Origin: an uncultured Verrucomicrobiae bacterium
Lineage (GTDB): Bacteria > Verrucomicrobiota > Verrucomicrobiia > Chthoniobacterales > JAFAMB01
Direction of reading: 5' to 3'
Length of the DNA stretch: 64,000 nucleotides
NCBI GenBank assembly: GCA_963837955.1
Contig: CAWIPH010000002.1
Location: 3,776,001-3,840,000, forward strand
Below the pieces are notes generated by a model. The model searched no databases. It saw nothing but the letters and a program-made list of their open reading frames with translations, and was not told the origin of the DNA. Below are positions 41,501 through 50,505 of the stretch, piece by piece (position 1 is the stretch's first letter; every line of letters starts with the position of its first letter). Position numbers and translations under genes: made by a program.

Positions 41501-41832
41501 ATCCGCAGATTTCACAGATTACACAGATTTTTCTCGGATCGTTGGACCCGCGCCTGAGGTCCGAAGACCAATTACAGAGTGTAGAACATCCGCAGATTTC
41601 ACCGATTACGCAGATTTTTCCAGGAGCATTGGAACCGCGCTTGAGGCCCGAAGATCGATTACAGAGTGTAAAACATCCACAGATTTCACAGATTCTTCCA
41701 GGAGCATTGGACCCGCACTTGAGGCCCGAAGATCAATTACGGAGTGTAAAACATAGGCGCTTTGTTTTGCTCATCTCAGCGCGCAAAAAGGAGCCTCAAA
41801 TAAAATCTGTGTGATCTGCGAAATCTGCGGAT
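41501..41832. mobile_element. MITE-like element M2 with a triplicated left part
   Basis: Left end ATCCGCAGATTTCACAGATTACACAGATTTT; units start at 41501, 41588 and 41675 (87, 87, 78 bp); inverse end at 41802-41832. Confidence 0.88.
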
Positions 41833-42488
41833 CACTCCCTCTTACCGTCCCGAGCCGCCCAGAGCATTCCTCGGAGGATCAACGTCCGCATTGGTGCTAT
41901 CTCAAATTCCGTTGCGGCGTGACCGAGTGAACAGTAAAAGACGTGGCCCGCTCCGTGACGCCGCTTCCACGCCACTGGCATGACTACGCCTTCAATCCAG
42001 GGGCAGTGCTCTCCCCCAAAAGTCGTAGTCGCCAGCACCTCATTACTTGGATCAACGTGCATATAATACTGCTCGGAACGGTAGTCGAAATCGTCGATCC
42101 CTCGGGTGATCGGGTCGTCTCGGTTGGTGATCGTGACCCGGTAAGGAATGATATTGCCCGGATGCGCTACCCACTGACCTCCAACCATGAACTGGTAAGC
42201 GGGTGCCGCCCGGAAACTGTCCCCCATGCCGCCGTGAAAGCCAGCGAGTCCGGTCCCCCGCGCGACGGTCGCGCTGAGATTCTCGCATTCCTCAGAGGTG
42301 ATCGTCGCCATAGTCACAATTGGCACGATCAGGTTGAAACGACCCAGACTGGGCTCGGCAAACGCCGAGGCCGAGTCGGTTACGTGAACGCTGAATCCTG
42401 CTGTCATCAGAAGGCGGGCGACGACGTCTGCGCATTCTCTGGGCTGGTGGCCTTCCCAGCCACCCCAAACGATCAAAGCTTCTTGCAT
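41832..42488 (-). CDS. ThuA domain-containing protein
   Basis: 'WGGWEGHQP', 'GFHGG..DSFR', 'GGQWVAHPG', 'EQYY', 'VFYCSLGH'. Confidence 0.9.
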   Translation of the reverse strand: MQEALIVWGGWEGHQPRECADVVARLLMTAGFSVHVTDSASAFAEPSLGRFNLIVPIVTMATITSEECENLSATVARGTGLAGFHGGMGDSFRAAPAYQFMVGGQWVAHPGNIIPYRVTITNRDDPITRGIDDFDYRSEQYYMHVDPSNEVLATTTFGGEHCPWIEGVVMPVAWKRRHGAGHVFYCSLGHAATEFEIAPMRTLILRGMLWAARDGKRE

Positions 42489-42596
42489 TTCGGGTCTCCT
42501 AGAAGGGAAATTGGTTTTGAAGGCCGGGATATTCGGCCGCTAAACATTGCTGATCTGCGCCACTTTTTCGCTCGCGACGAAGCGATCGTTGGACGG

Positions 42597-43538
42597 CTAC
42601 TCACTCACAGCACCGCTTGTCTGCGATTGTCCCTGCACAGAATTCAGCGAGGCCTTTTCCGCGTTGTTGTTGGCGACTTCGTTGGTCAATTCCTTTAGCC
42701 GCGCCAGCGTCTTCGGAGTACTGTTCAGCGTTTCTTGGTCGTCGGCGGATATGACCACGCCATCTTTACGAAGTACTTCTTTGATCTGCACCGAGTAATT
42801 GTAACAGACCGTCAATTGTCGATACGCCTCTTCCAATTTTATTTTGATGGCGGCCGCTTCGGTATTTAACTGAGTCGACTCGTCATTTAGCGTCTGTGAC
42901 CGGCTGTTAATCGCTTGCGCTTTTTGGTCCAGAACGGCCTTTTGAGAATCCAGATCGGCCTTTTCCTGGTTCAACTCGGCCTTCTTCTTATCGAGTTTCG
43001 TCTTCCATTGGTTCAACCGATTCACGTTTGCCTGGCTTCTCTGTTTAGTAGGAAGGTTGTTTGATTGGGCCACCTGAGCCCGTTGATTAGTTACCTCCGA
43101 ATCGTATTGCGCCACTTGCGCGTTATGTGGCGTTAACTTCGCGTTGTAGGCGTTCAAAGCTGAATTATAGGCGTTCAGATCCTGATTGAACTGATCGGCC
43201 GCTTTGTTATGAACGGCGATCTTCTCCTGCGTGCTTTTTAGTTCGTTTTCCTCGCTGGCGGCATCCGCCGCTACACCGGCCAGCGCCAATTGCGCGGTCC
43301 GGTCTGCGCCTTGCCGCGCAGTCGCGTCCACCAAAGAGTTCAGATCGGAAAGGATATACGTGCCGTCGGTAGTGCCGATCGCCTCATCTGCGCGACAGAT
43401 CGAGCAGACACAACCGAGACCCAGCGCTAGAATCAATACTCTCGAAACCCTCGTTACCCGCGTCCGCTCGCGCGTGTCGCGCGGGCTAGAGCGCGATACA
43501 GCCCACAATCTATAGCCACGCGACGATATGGCTTTCAT
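42597..43538 (-). CDS. Hypothetical exported coiled-coil protein
   Basis: Long ORF with a signal-like segment 'VLILALGLGCVCSICRA' and long Q/N/K-rich heptads; true start uncertain, probably further downstream. Confidence 0.7.
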   Translation of the reverse strand: MKAISSRGYRLWAVSRSSPRDTRERTRVTRVSRVLILALGLGCVCSICRADEAIGTTDGTYILSDLNSLVDATARQGADRTAQLALAGVAADAASEENELKSTQEKIAVHNKAADQFNQDLNAYNSALNAYNAKLTPHNAQVAQYDSEVTNQRAQVAQSNNLPTKQRSQANVNRLNQWKTKLDKKKAELNQEKADLDSQKAVLDQKAQAINSRSQTLNDESTQLNTEAAAIKIKLEEAYRQLTVCYNYSVQIKEVLRKDGVVISADDQETLNSTPKTLARLKELTNEVANNNAEKASLNSVQGQSQTSGAVSE

Positions 43539-43783
43539 CATTCTCGATCTGCGCACTAAATCTTGATGCATTAACTCCTCAAATAGCCCGATCTACAAGC
43601 GTTTACTTTTGCGGCTGTCGCCGAACGTGCTGCTTAACCCATACCGATAACGGCGGCAGGATTGCTCACGGGGCAGAGCATTTTCGACATGGTCCTTTCC
43701 TGGGCTTCGGCCGCCTATTTTGAAAGCGGTGATATCATGGTTATATAGGAAACGGCCCACTGAATTTTACGGTAGAGGAATCC

Positions 43784-44515
43784 TTGAAATTGAACCCCAC
43801 GCGCCGATCAGAAAGCTGGCAGCACCTGCATCTCAAGAAGCTCGCAGCCCAATGGGCCTACGCCAGCGGATTTCGCTGCATCGGCATTGAAGTGCGTGCT
43901 CCGCGATCGAGGTTCCGCGTCGACGTGGCCGTTTATCGACCTGGCCGGATGAGTGAATCGGGTGAGCCGCTCGTGGCAATTTTTGAGTGCAAACAGAGTC
44001 GGCCGGATCTCTCTCGGGACATCGCTCAATTCGATGCGTTGCAGCGAGAATTGCACGATTTACAGCAGCGACGGGCAAAGCTCGAAGAGCTTCTGCTGGT
44101 GCACCATCCTTACTGTCACCAGGGTGAAAGTCTATTTCCGGAGTGGGAGACGTTCGCCGGTGAATTTCTTGCCCACGATGGCTATCAGCGGCTCGTCGCC
44201 CGGATTATTCGAGTCCAAGGCATGCTTCAGAATTGCACCAAATTCGCGTGGATCGCCCGCCACCGGCTGGCCAATCTCCATTACATGGTCGTTCCGGAAC
44301 GATTAATGACATTCGATGAGTTGCCTCCCGGCTGGGGCTTGTTGGAATCAAACGGCGCGGCGGATCTGAACTTGCGCGAACCGGCCAAATTCATGCGAAT
44401 TCCGAATCACACCTCTTGGCTCGAACGTATTGGCCAATCTGCCACTGTGCGATGGTTGAGACAGGATGGGTTAATTGGAACGCCTGGGCCATTCCAGCCT
44501 ACGCTCAACCTCTGA
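43784..44515 (+). CDS. PD-(D/E)XK-fold protein, MmcB-like, with a coiled-coil insertion
   Basis: 'IEV..RVDVA..IFECKQSRPD' and 'HYMVVP..ELPPGWGLL'. Confidence 0.65.
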   Translation: MKLNPTRRSESWQHLHLKKLAAQWAYASGFRCIGIEVRAPRSRFRVDVAVYRPGRMSESGEPLVAIFECKQSRPDLSRDIAQFDALQRELHDLQQRRAKLEELLLVHHPYCHQGESLFPEWETFAGEFLAHDGYQRLVARIIRVQGMLQNCTKFAWIARHRLANLHYMVVPERLMTFDELPPGWGLLESNGAADLNLREPAKFMRIPNHTSWLERIGQSATVRWLRQDGLIGTPGPFQPTLNL

Positions 44516-44517
44516 AA

Positions 44518-44825
44518 GGGAGGGCGCGCAGCCTGTCCGACATAGCCCTTTCGAATGCCCGGTGCAGAATGCTTGAGCGCGACGTCGGATCCTCGCGCGC
44601 CGCGGATCGCGAGGATCTGATCCCTTAAAGCCCCGGACGGGGAGGGCGCGCGTCCTCGCGCGCCACGGATCGCGAGGACGCGATTCCTTAAAGCCCGGAC
44701 GGGGAGGGCGCGCGTCCTCGCGCGCCGCGGATCGCGAGGCTGCGATTCCTTAAAGCCCCGGACGGGGAGGGCGCATGTCCTCGCGCGCGGGGCGGATCGC
44801 GGATCGCGGGGACGCGATCCCTCCC
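44518..44825. repeat. Tandem array of GGAG-family REP doublets (family R2)
   Basis: GGGAGGGCGCGCGTCCTCGCGCGCC at 44518 (interrupted), 44639, 44701 and 44764 (62-63 bp period), each followed by an inverse CGGATCGCGAGGACGCGAT copy. Confidence 0.9.
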
Positions 44826-44846
44826 GATCAGGGCACTGCGCAGCGT

Positions 44847-46532
44847 TTAGTCCGTTACCGCGCCTAGCGAGGCCGATTTGACCTGGCCTGCGTATTTAGC
44901 GAGGACGCCTTTGATGTAGCGGGGCTTTGGTTGTTTCCACGCTTTCAACCGCTTGTTGATCTCTGTTTTCGTGAGGGCCAGATTGATAGTCTTCTGGCCA
45001 GCGTCTATTTCGATCGGGTCACCATTCTTAACAATCGCTAACGGCCCCCCAAGATAGGCCTCCGGAGTAATATGGCCGATCACAAACCCGTGGCTGCCAC
45101 CAGAGAAGCGACCATCGGTGATCAGCGCTACGTCTTTGCCCAATCCTTTGCCCATAATCGCAGCCGTTGGCGCCAGCATCTCCCGCATTCCCGGCCCGCC
45201 TTTTGGCCCCTCATAGCGAATTACAATCACGTCCCCTTTTTTGATCTTATCGTCCAGAATAGCGCGAAGCGCTTTTTCTTCCGACTCGAACACGCGCGCT
45301 TTTCCGGCGAACCGAAGCCCCTCTTTGCCTGAGATCTTCGCGACAGCCCCTTCAGGAGCGAGATTACCGTAGAGAATAACCAGGTGACTGTCCGGTTTGA
45401 TCGGATCCTTTAGGCTATGGACGATCGTTTGCTCCTTCGGGTACGGCTTTACCGCGGCAAGGTTCTCTTTCAGTGTTTTCCCGCTAACCGTCAGGCAATC
45501 GCCGTGGAGCAGGCCTTCATCGAGCAAAGTCTTCATGAGCGGCACAATCCCGCCGATCTGGATCAATTCTGCCATGAGATGTTTGCCGCTCGGCTTAAGA
45601 TCGGCCAGGACCGGCACCCGCTTCCCGACTCGAGTCCAGTCGTCGAGTTTCAGTTTGACACCCGCGGCATGTGCCATTGCTAACAAATGCAGGACCGCAT
45701 TGGTTGAACCACCGAGCGCGATAACCACAGTCATCGCGTTTTGAAATGCTTCTTTGGACAGAATATCAGAGGGACGAATACCTCGCTTGATTAGCTGGAC
45801 GACGGCCGCGCCGGCCGCTCGACAATCCGCTAATTTTTCTCCAGAAACAGCGGTTTGAGCCGAACTGTTGGGTAAACTCATACCCAGGGCTTCGATAGCG
45901 GAGGCCATGGTGTTTGCCGTATACATACCACCGCACGAGCCCGGTCCAGGAATGGCGCAAGATTCGACCTGTTCTAATTCCGCGTCGGTTATCTTTCCGT
46001 TGGAATGCGCCCCGATTGCTTCAAAGATTGAAACGAGATCGACGAGACGATGGTTTAAGCACCCGGGCAGGATTGTTCCTCCGTAGACGAAGATGGAAGG
46101 GCGATTTAATCGAGCCAGCGCGATAAGACACCCTGGCATGTTTTTATCACAACCCCCGATCGCAACCACTCCGTCAAAGCCCTCGCAGCCGGTTACGGTC
46201 TCAATCGAGTCGGCGATTATCTCGCGCGAAACCAACGAATATTTCATGCCCTCTGTCCCCATCGAGATGCCGTCGGAAATGGTGATGGTATTGAAGATTA
46301 GCGACTTCGCATCGGCGGAATCGGCTCCGGCCGCCGCTTCCCGGGCGAGCTGATCAATATGTACGTTGCAGGGAGTTACCTGACTCCAAGTCGATGCTAT
46401 TCCGACGATTGGTTTCTTGAAGTCCTCTTTCTTGAAGCCAACCGCATAGAGCATTCCTCGGCTAAAGGCGCGTTCTGGACCATCAACTACTTCTGCAGAA
46501 AATTGACGCGGATCAGGAGGGCTCATTTTCAT
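44847..46532 (-). CDS. ilvD: Dihydroxy-acid dehydratase
   Basis: 'TPCN', 'SDGISMG', 'GGCDKNMPG', 'CGGMYTAN', 'GPGMREML', 'TDGRFSG'. Confidence 0.98.
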   Translation of the reverse strand: MKMSPPDPRQFSAEVVDGPERAFSRGMLYAVGFKKEDFKKPIVGIASTWSQVTPCNVHIDQLAREAAAGADSADAKSLIFNTITISDGISMGTEGMKYSLVSREIIADSIETVTGCEGFDGVVAIGGCDKNMPGCLIALARLNRPSIFVYGGTILPGCLNHRLVDLVSIFEAIGAHSNGKITDAELEQVESCAIPGPGSCGGMYTANTMASAIEALGMSLPNSSAQTAVSGEKLADCRAAGAAVVQLIKRGIRPSDILSKEAFQNAMTVVIALGGSTNAVLHLLAMAHAAGVKLKLDDWTRVGKRVPVLADLKPSGKHLMAELIQIGGIVPLMKTLLDEGLLHGDCLTVSGKTLKENLAAVKPYPKEQTIVHSLKDPIKPDSHLVILYGNLAPEGAVAKISGKEGLRFAGKARVFESEEKALRAILDDKIKKGDVIVIRYEGPKGGPGMREMLAPTAAIMGKGLGKDVALITDGRFSGGSHGFVIGHITPEAYLGGPLAIVKNGDPIEIDAGQKTINLALTKTEINKRLKAWKQPKPRYIKGVLAKYAGQVKSASLGAVTD

Positions 46533-46587
46533 CTGTTAATCCTGTAGCCTGGAAAATAGCCAATAGCCAAAAAAACTACAAACCGCT

Positions 46588-46927
46588 AGGGAACGCGGAC
46601 AACGCCGGCTTGTCCGACGAAGCCTGCCGGAGTTTCAGACGACGGAGCGAAGTTGGAGAGCGCCGAGGAGGGTAATCAGTAATCAGTAATCAGTAATCAG
46701 TAATCAGTAATCAGTAATCAGTAATCAGTGATCAGTGATCAGTGATCGGTGATCGGTGATTGATAGTTGCCAACATGCTCATAGTTCCCGGCGTTCCCGT
46801 GCGATCCCGTGCGATCCCGGCGCTCTCGGCGTTCTCGGCGCTCTCGGCGTTCTCGGCGCTCTCGGCGTTCTCGGCGCTCTCGGCGCTCTCGGCGTTCTCG
46901 GCGTTCTCGGCGCTCTCGGCGTTCCCC
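46588..46927. repeat. Composite periodic-repeat element (7-mer and 9-mer tracts), copy 1
   Basis: 8x GTAATCA plus 5x GTGAT(C/T)(A/G) at 46672-46762; 12x CGGCG(C/T)TC(T/C) at 46818-46925; the left end GGGAACGCGGACAACGCCG is inverse to the 9-mer tract. Confidence 0.9.
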
Positions 46928-46945
46928 CGCTTCAACCGGTCCGCG

Positions 46946-47584
46946 TTAGATTTTCCATTCGGCCAAAGCCTGTTGAGCAAAGGAAGCTAGCTCTTCCACC
47001 GCATTGATCGCGTCGATTCTCTCGGCTTGATCGATCCGCAAGCGCAGCGTTCCTTGACCCCGAATGACCAGCAGATTTTCGAGTATTGCCGCCGGTAGTC
47101 TCCGCAGTTGATTGGCTAAATCTGCGGGAAACTCTTCCCGAGCCAATGGTCGCGAAGAAGAAAGCAGGTATTCGTGATCGAATTCTGGAATCCCAGTCAA
47201 TTGGACACGCGCATGTAACCAATCTGCTAACCAGTCGGGTTGTGCTTTCCCGGTGAACATCGCGGCCAACAATTTCATCGAATCTTTTCCCTGGCGTTCG
47301 CGGCGAGAGATGAAACACCAGCCATCGAACTTCCGTTGATCTGGAAAGACCAATTCGAAATAAGGGGGAGACTCACGAGCATTCCATTCCGCGCTCCAGT
47401 GGAGACCGGCCCGGTTCGCTTCGATCTTGTACCACAATCCAGCGCGATCCTCTTCGAAGCTCCAGTGCTTCCGTCGGGCATAGAGGCGAAGACGAGAATC
47501 GGGCAAATGTGTAACGAACCAAACCCGCCAAAGAAATAGAGCGAGTATTCCACCGGCTAATACGACCACCAAAATGTTGCTCAC
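46946..47584 (-). CDS. Hypothetical single-pass membrane protein
   Basis: 212-aa ORF, GTG start, N-terminal TM helix. Confidence 0.7.
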   Translation of the reverse strand: MSNILVVVLAGGILALFLWRVWFVTHLPDSRLRLYARRKHWSFEEDRAGLWYKIEANRAGLHWSAEWNARESPPYFELVFPDQRKFDGWCFISRRERQGKDSMKLLAAMFTGKAQPDWLADWLHARVQLTGIPEFDHEYLLSSSRPLAREEFPADLANQLRRLPAAILENLLVIRGQGTLRLRIDQAERIDAINAVEELASFAQQALAEWKI

Positions 47585-47656
47585 CGCGTCCTACTCAATA
47601 TTCCGAAACAACACCCCGCAATGCGACTTTTGCAACATTTCAGTCACAAAAGGAGA

Positions 47657-47940
47657 GCCGGGAGCACCGGGAGGAGGTGAAAAGTGAGAGGTGACTCGTG
47701 AAAGGAGAGAGAACGCCGAGGGGGGTAATCAGTAATCAGTTGATAGTTGCCAACATGTCATAGCGAAGGCGCTCGAAATCGTTCCCGTGCGTTCCCGTGC
47801 GTTCCCGGCGTTCCCGTGCGTTCCCGTGCGTTCCCGGCGTTCCCGTGCGTTCCCGTGCGTTCCCGGCGTTCCCGGCGTTCTCCAACTTCGCTCCGTCGTT
47901 TGAAACTCCGGAAGGCTTCGTCGGACAAGCCGGCGATTCC
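47657..47940. repeat. Composite periodic-repeat element, copy 2
   Basis: Shares CGCCGAGG.GGGTAATCAGTAATCAG..TTGATAGTTGCCAACATG with copy 1; 47780-47880 is (CGTTCCCGTG)2(CGTTCCCGG) repeated three times plus one more 9-mer. Confidence 0.88.
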
Positions 47941-48001
47941 AGTTTAATGTCATTTGCTATTGGCTCTCTTCCCCGGCTGATGCTAGTAACCGCAATATAC
48001 G

Positions 48002-48556
48002 GTGGGCAAGAAGATAGACCTGCAAGCGATCGTTACAGATCATTACGCCGCTCTTTATCGATTTGGTTTGGCCTTGGCAAAAAATGAAGCTGAAGCCTCC
48101 GACCTGACGCAGGAAACTTTCCTTATCCTGGCAAAATACCAGGAACAAATTCGAGAACCTGAAAGGATAAAATCCTGGCTTTTTACTACGCTCCGCCGGG
48201 AATTCCTGCGGAAGGTTCGCGCCCACGTCGCCCATCCCGAAGTGGAGTTTGAATCGGAACACCATGAAATCCCGGCCCTTGAATCTGACGCACTTCGCTC
48301 CGCCGACGGCAGAAGCGCATTAGCTGCGCTTGAGATGGTCGAGGAAAGTTATCGGTCAGCTCTGGAATTATTTTACCTAGGCGACCTCTCCTATAAAGAG
48401 ATTTCGACAACCTTGGGCGTTCCGATCGGCACGGTAATGTCGCGGCTTTCCCGAGGAAAGGAACAATTGAGGCGAGCATTAGCCATAACCTTAGAGAACG
48501 ATACCAGCAAGATCGTCCCACTTCCTAGAAGGCCAGAGCCCGGAGGGTTGAAATGA
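48002..48556 (+). CDS. ECF RNA polymerase sigma factor
   Basis: 'ASDLTQETF', 'KSWLF', 'LSYKEIS..LGVPIGTVMSRLSRG'. Confidence 0.95.
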   Translation: MGKKIDLQAIVTDHYAALYRFGLALAKNEAEASDLTQETFLILAKYQEQIREPERIKSWLFTTLRREFLRKVRAHVAHPEVEFESEHHEIPALESDALRSADGRSALAALEMVEESYRSALELFYLGDLSYKEISTTLGVPIGTVMSRLSRGKEQLRRALAITLENDTSKIVPLPRRPEPGGLK

Positions 48557-49302
48557 CCAGAGAAGAGGCCAAAGTAACTCTGAGCGCGTTCCGAGCTCAT
48601 GGTTCTGATGAATCCGATCCGGCTCTTCGCGAAGCGCTGGAACTTGCCCGCGAAGACTCTGAACTCGCCGGTTGGTTCTCCAACCAACGCGAATTTGACG
48701 CGATCCTGATAGAAAAATTCTCGTCGATCCGCCCGCCGGAAGGATTGAAAGAGAATATTCTCGCGTCGCTCGAGGAGAAAGAGCGCCCGATACATTTCTC
48801 TAGGACGGGTTGGCTCGCGCTCGCTGCGACAGTCGCCATCGCCGCTCTCGTTTTGAGCAATCAAGCTGGTCTTTTCCGGAATCAATCTCAGCCGTTCGAC
48901 AAATTCTGCTCCGATGCTCTGGCGATGGTATCAGTCAAACCTGCGCCCAAACTCGACCTGGAAACAGCGAGCCTCAGTTCGGCCGAAACATTCATTGACG
49001 AACATCAGGCGCCGCGGCTGGAGCAATTCCCCCAAAAGTTGCGAGACATGGCCACCGCTGGCTGCCGCGTTTTTCTCTGGCAACAGCATCCAGCTTCTCT
49101 CACCTGTTTCCGTCTCCCATCGGGTAATCTACTGCACCTAGTTGTTATTCGGAAGGACGCGATCGGCGGTTCGAACATGCCTTCCGGACCCTACACGGAA
49201 AATGGATGGCATCTGATGTTCCAGAAAAAGGATGGCTTGATTCTGATGTGGGCCAGCCAGGCGCCGATGGAGGAGTTGAAACAGCTGGTCATTGAGACCT
49301 AG
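48553..49302 (+). CDS. Transmembrane anti-sigma factor (DUF3379-like)
   Basis: Overlaps the sigma stop; cytoplasmic N-terminus, TM 'WLALAATVAIAALVL', C-terminal 'GCRV..LTCF..LHLVV'. Confidence 0.75.
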   Translation: MTREEAKVTLSAFRAHGSDESDPALREALELAREDSELAGWFSNQREFDAILIEKFSSIRPPEGLKENILASLEEKERPIHFSRTGWLALAATVAIAALVLSNQAGLFRNQSQPFDKFCSDALAMVSVKPAPKLDLETASLSSAETFIDEHQAPRLEQFPQKLRDMATAGCRVFLWQQHPASLTCFRLPSGNLLHLVVIRKDAIGGSNMPSGPYTENGWHLMFQKKDGLILMWASQAPMEELKQLVIET

Positions 49303-49373
49303 GGAGCAAATAGCAAATACCGGATTGCCAAAATCGGCTATCAGCTATTGGCTATTAGTCATCTTCCTCCCGT

Positions 49374-49880
49374 ATGCCTGAACCTCGCGCGATTATCCTC
49401 ATGGGAGTTGCTGGCTCCGGAAAAACCGCTGTCGGTTCTCGAGTGGCAAAACGGCTCGGCTGGCTATTCCTGGACGCGGACGATTTTCATCCGCCGGCTA
49501 ATGTCGAAAAAATGAAACGCGGTATTCCCTTGGACGACAACGATCGGGCTCCCTGGTTAGAGCGTATGAATTCCGAACTGCGCCGGCAGATCGCTGAGGG
49601 ACGCTCGGTCATGCTAGCATGTTCAGCACTAAAGGACGCGTACCGTGACAAGCTCAGGGATCATCTGCCTGAGGCGCGATTTGTCTTCCTCGACGTCGAC
49701 CGGAGCACGCTATTGGAACGGTTGCAGAAACGTCAGGCTCACTTTTTTCCAAAGGAATTATTAGATAGTCAGCTCGCGACTTTGGAACGGCCTCATGATG
49801 CCTTTGTCGTGGATGCCAATCGGCCGATCGACGAAGTCGTTGATTCGATTGTGAAAGCGGTTCTGGAAGGGAAAATTTAG
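49374..49880 (+). CDS. gntK: Gluconokinase (GntK/IdnK type)
   Basis: 'MGVAGSGKT', 'DADDFHP..NVEKM..GIPLDD.DR.PW', 'ACSALK', 'LLDSQL.TLE'. Confidence 0.95.
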   Translation: MPEPRAIILMGVAGSGKTAVGSRVAKRLGWLFLDADDFHPPANVEKMKRGIPLDDNDRAPWLERMNSELRRQIAEGRSVMLACSALKDAYRDKLRDHLPEARFVFLDVDRSTLLERLQKRQAHFFPKELLDSQLATLERPHDAFVVDANRPIDEVVDSIVKAVLEGKI

Positions 49881-49939
49881 ACGAAGTCGGGTTTCGCCCT
49901 ACCATCCAATTCAATTCCTTTGATTATCTTTACCCCAGG

Positions 49940-50123
49940 ATGCCCCCGGAACTTCAACCCATCCTCGCTGCCGTCCTATCCGTCGTCGCGCTTATCCTGC
50001 TCGTCACCCGCTTCCGGGTTCACCCGTTTCTTGGTCTGCTGGTCGCCTCGCTGATGCTCGGCTTCCTCGCCGGCCTGGTGCCCGCGGACATCATTAAGAA
50101 TTTTGGCAAAGGATTTGGTGATG
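49940..50123 (+). pseudogene. gntP: GntP-family gluconate permease, N-terminal ~61 codons only
   Basis: 'LILLVTRFRVHPFLGLLVASL..FGKGFGD' is a GntP N-terminus; the frame then runs into a repeat element and no continuation is visible. Confidence 0.8.
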
Positions 50124-50410
50124 ACGCCGAAGGCGTAAGAGGACTCAGCCCAGGGTGGAGGCTTTGCGGAACCCTGGGTATCTGTAACAAAATGTGCTCA
50201 GCTCTGAAGGAGCGAAACAATCGGTCCAACACTCTTTTTCAGGGAAGACCGCTAGGGACTACAAAAACACATTCAGCAGTACGAGGGCGATAGTCTGCGA
50301 ACTGGGGTTGATCTCCTCCGCTCCTTCAGAGCTGTCCGCATATTAATATTGAATACCCAGGGTTCCGCAAAGCCTCCACCCTGGGCTAAGTTCTCTTACG
50401 CCTTCGGCGT
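50124..50410. mobile_element. Class L inverted-repeat element, homologue of 35884-36212
   Basis: ACGCCGAAGGCGTAAGAGGACTCAGCCCAGGGTGGAGGCTTTGCGGAACCCTGGGTA, with an inverse arm ending ACGCCTTCGGCGT. Confidence 0.92.
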
Positions 50411-50505
50411 ACACCTTTGGCCAACCTTGTCGTCACTCCCGAACGGCGAGCCCCTATCCTTGAGCGTGATCTATGAGAGGCTTGCGCGGACAAGCTCCCT
50501 CAGCC

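Noticed and set aside
41501..41754. CRISPR-like 87-bp periodicity and the 90-aa ORF 41542-41814
   Set aside because: The would-be spacers are near-identical; the ORF is just the translation of the tandem repeat.
44518..44825. CRISPR-like 62-bp periodicity
   Set aside because: Whole units are repeated with no unique spacers; the architecture is a REP doublet.
46732..47007. ORFs with NAESAE / ALGVLG / SALSAF repeats (also 47729-48087)
   Set aside because: Artefacts of 9- and 10-nt DNA repeats that leave several frames open.
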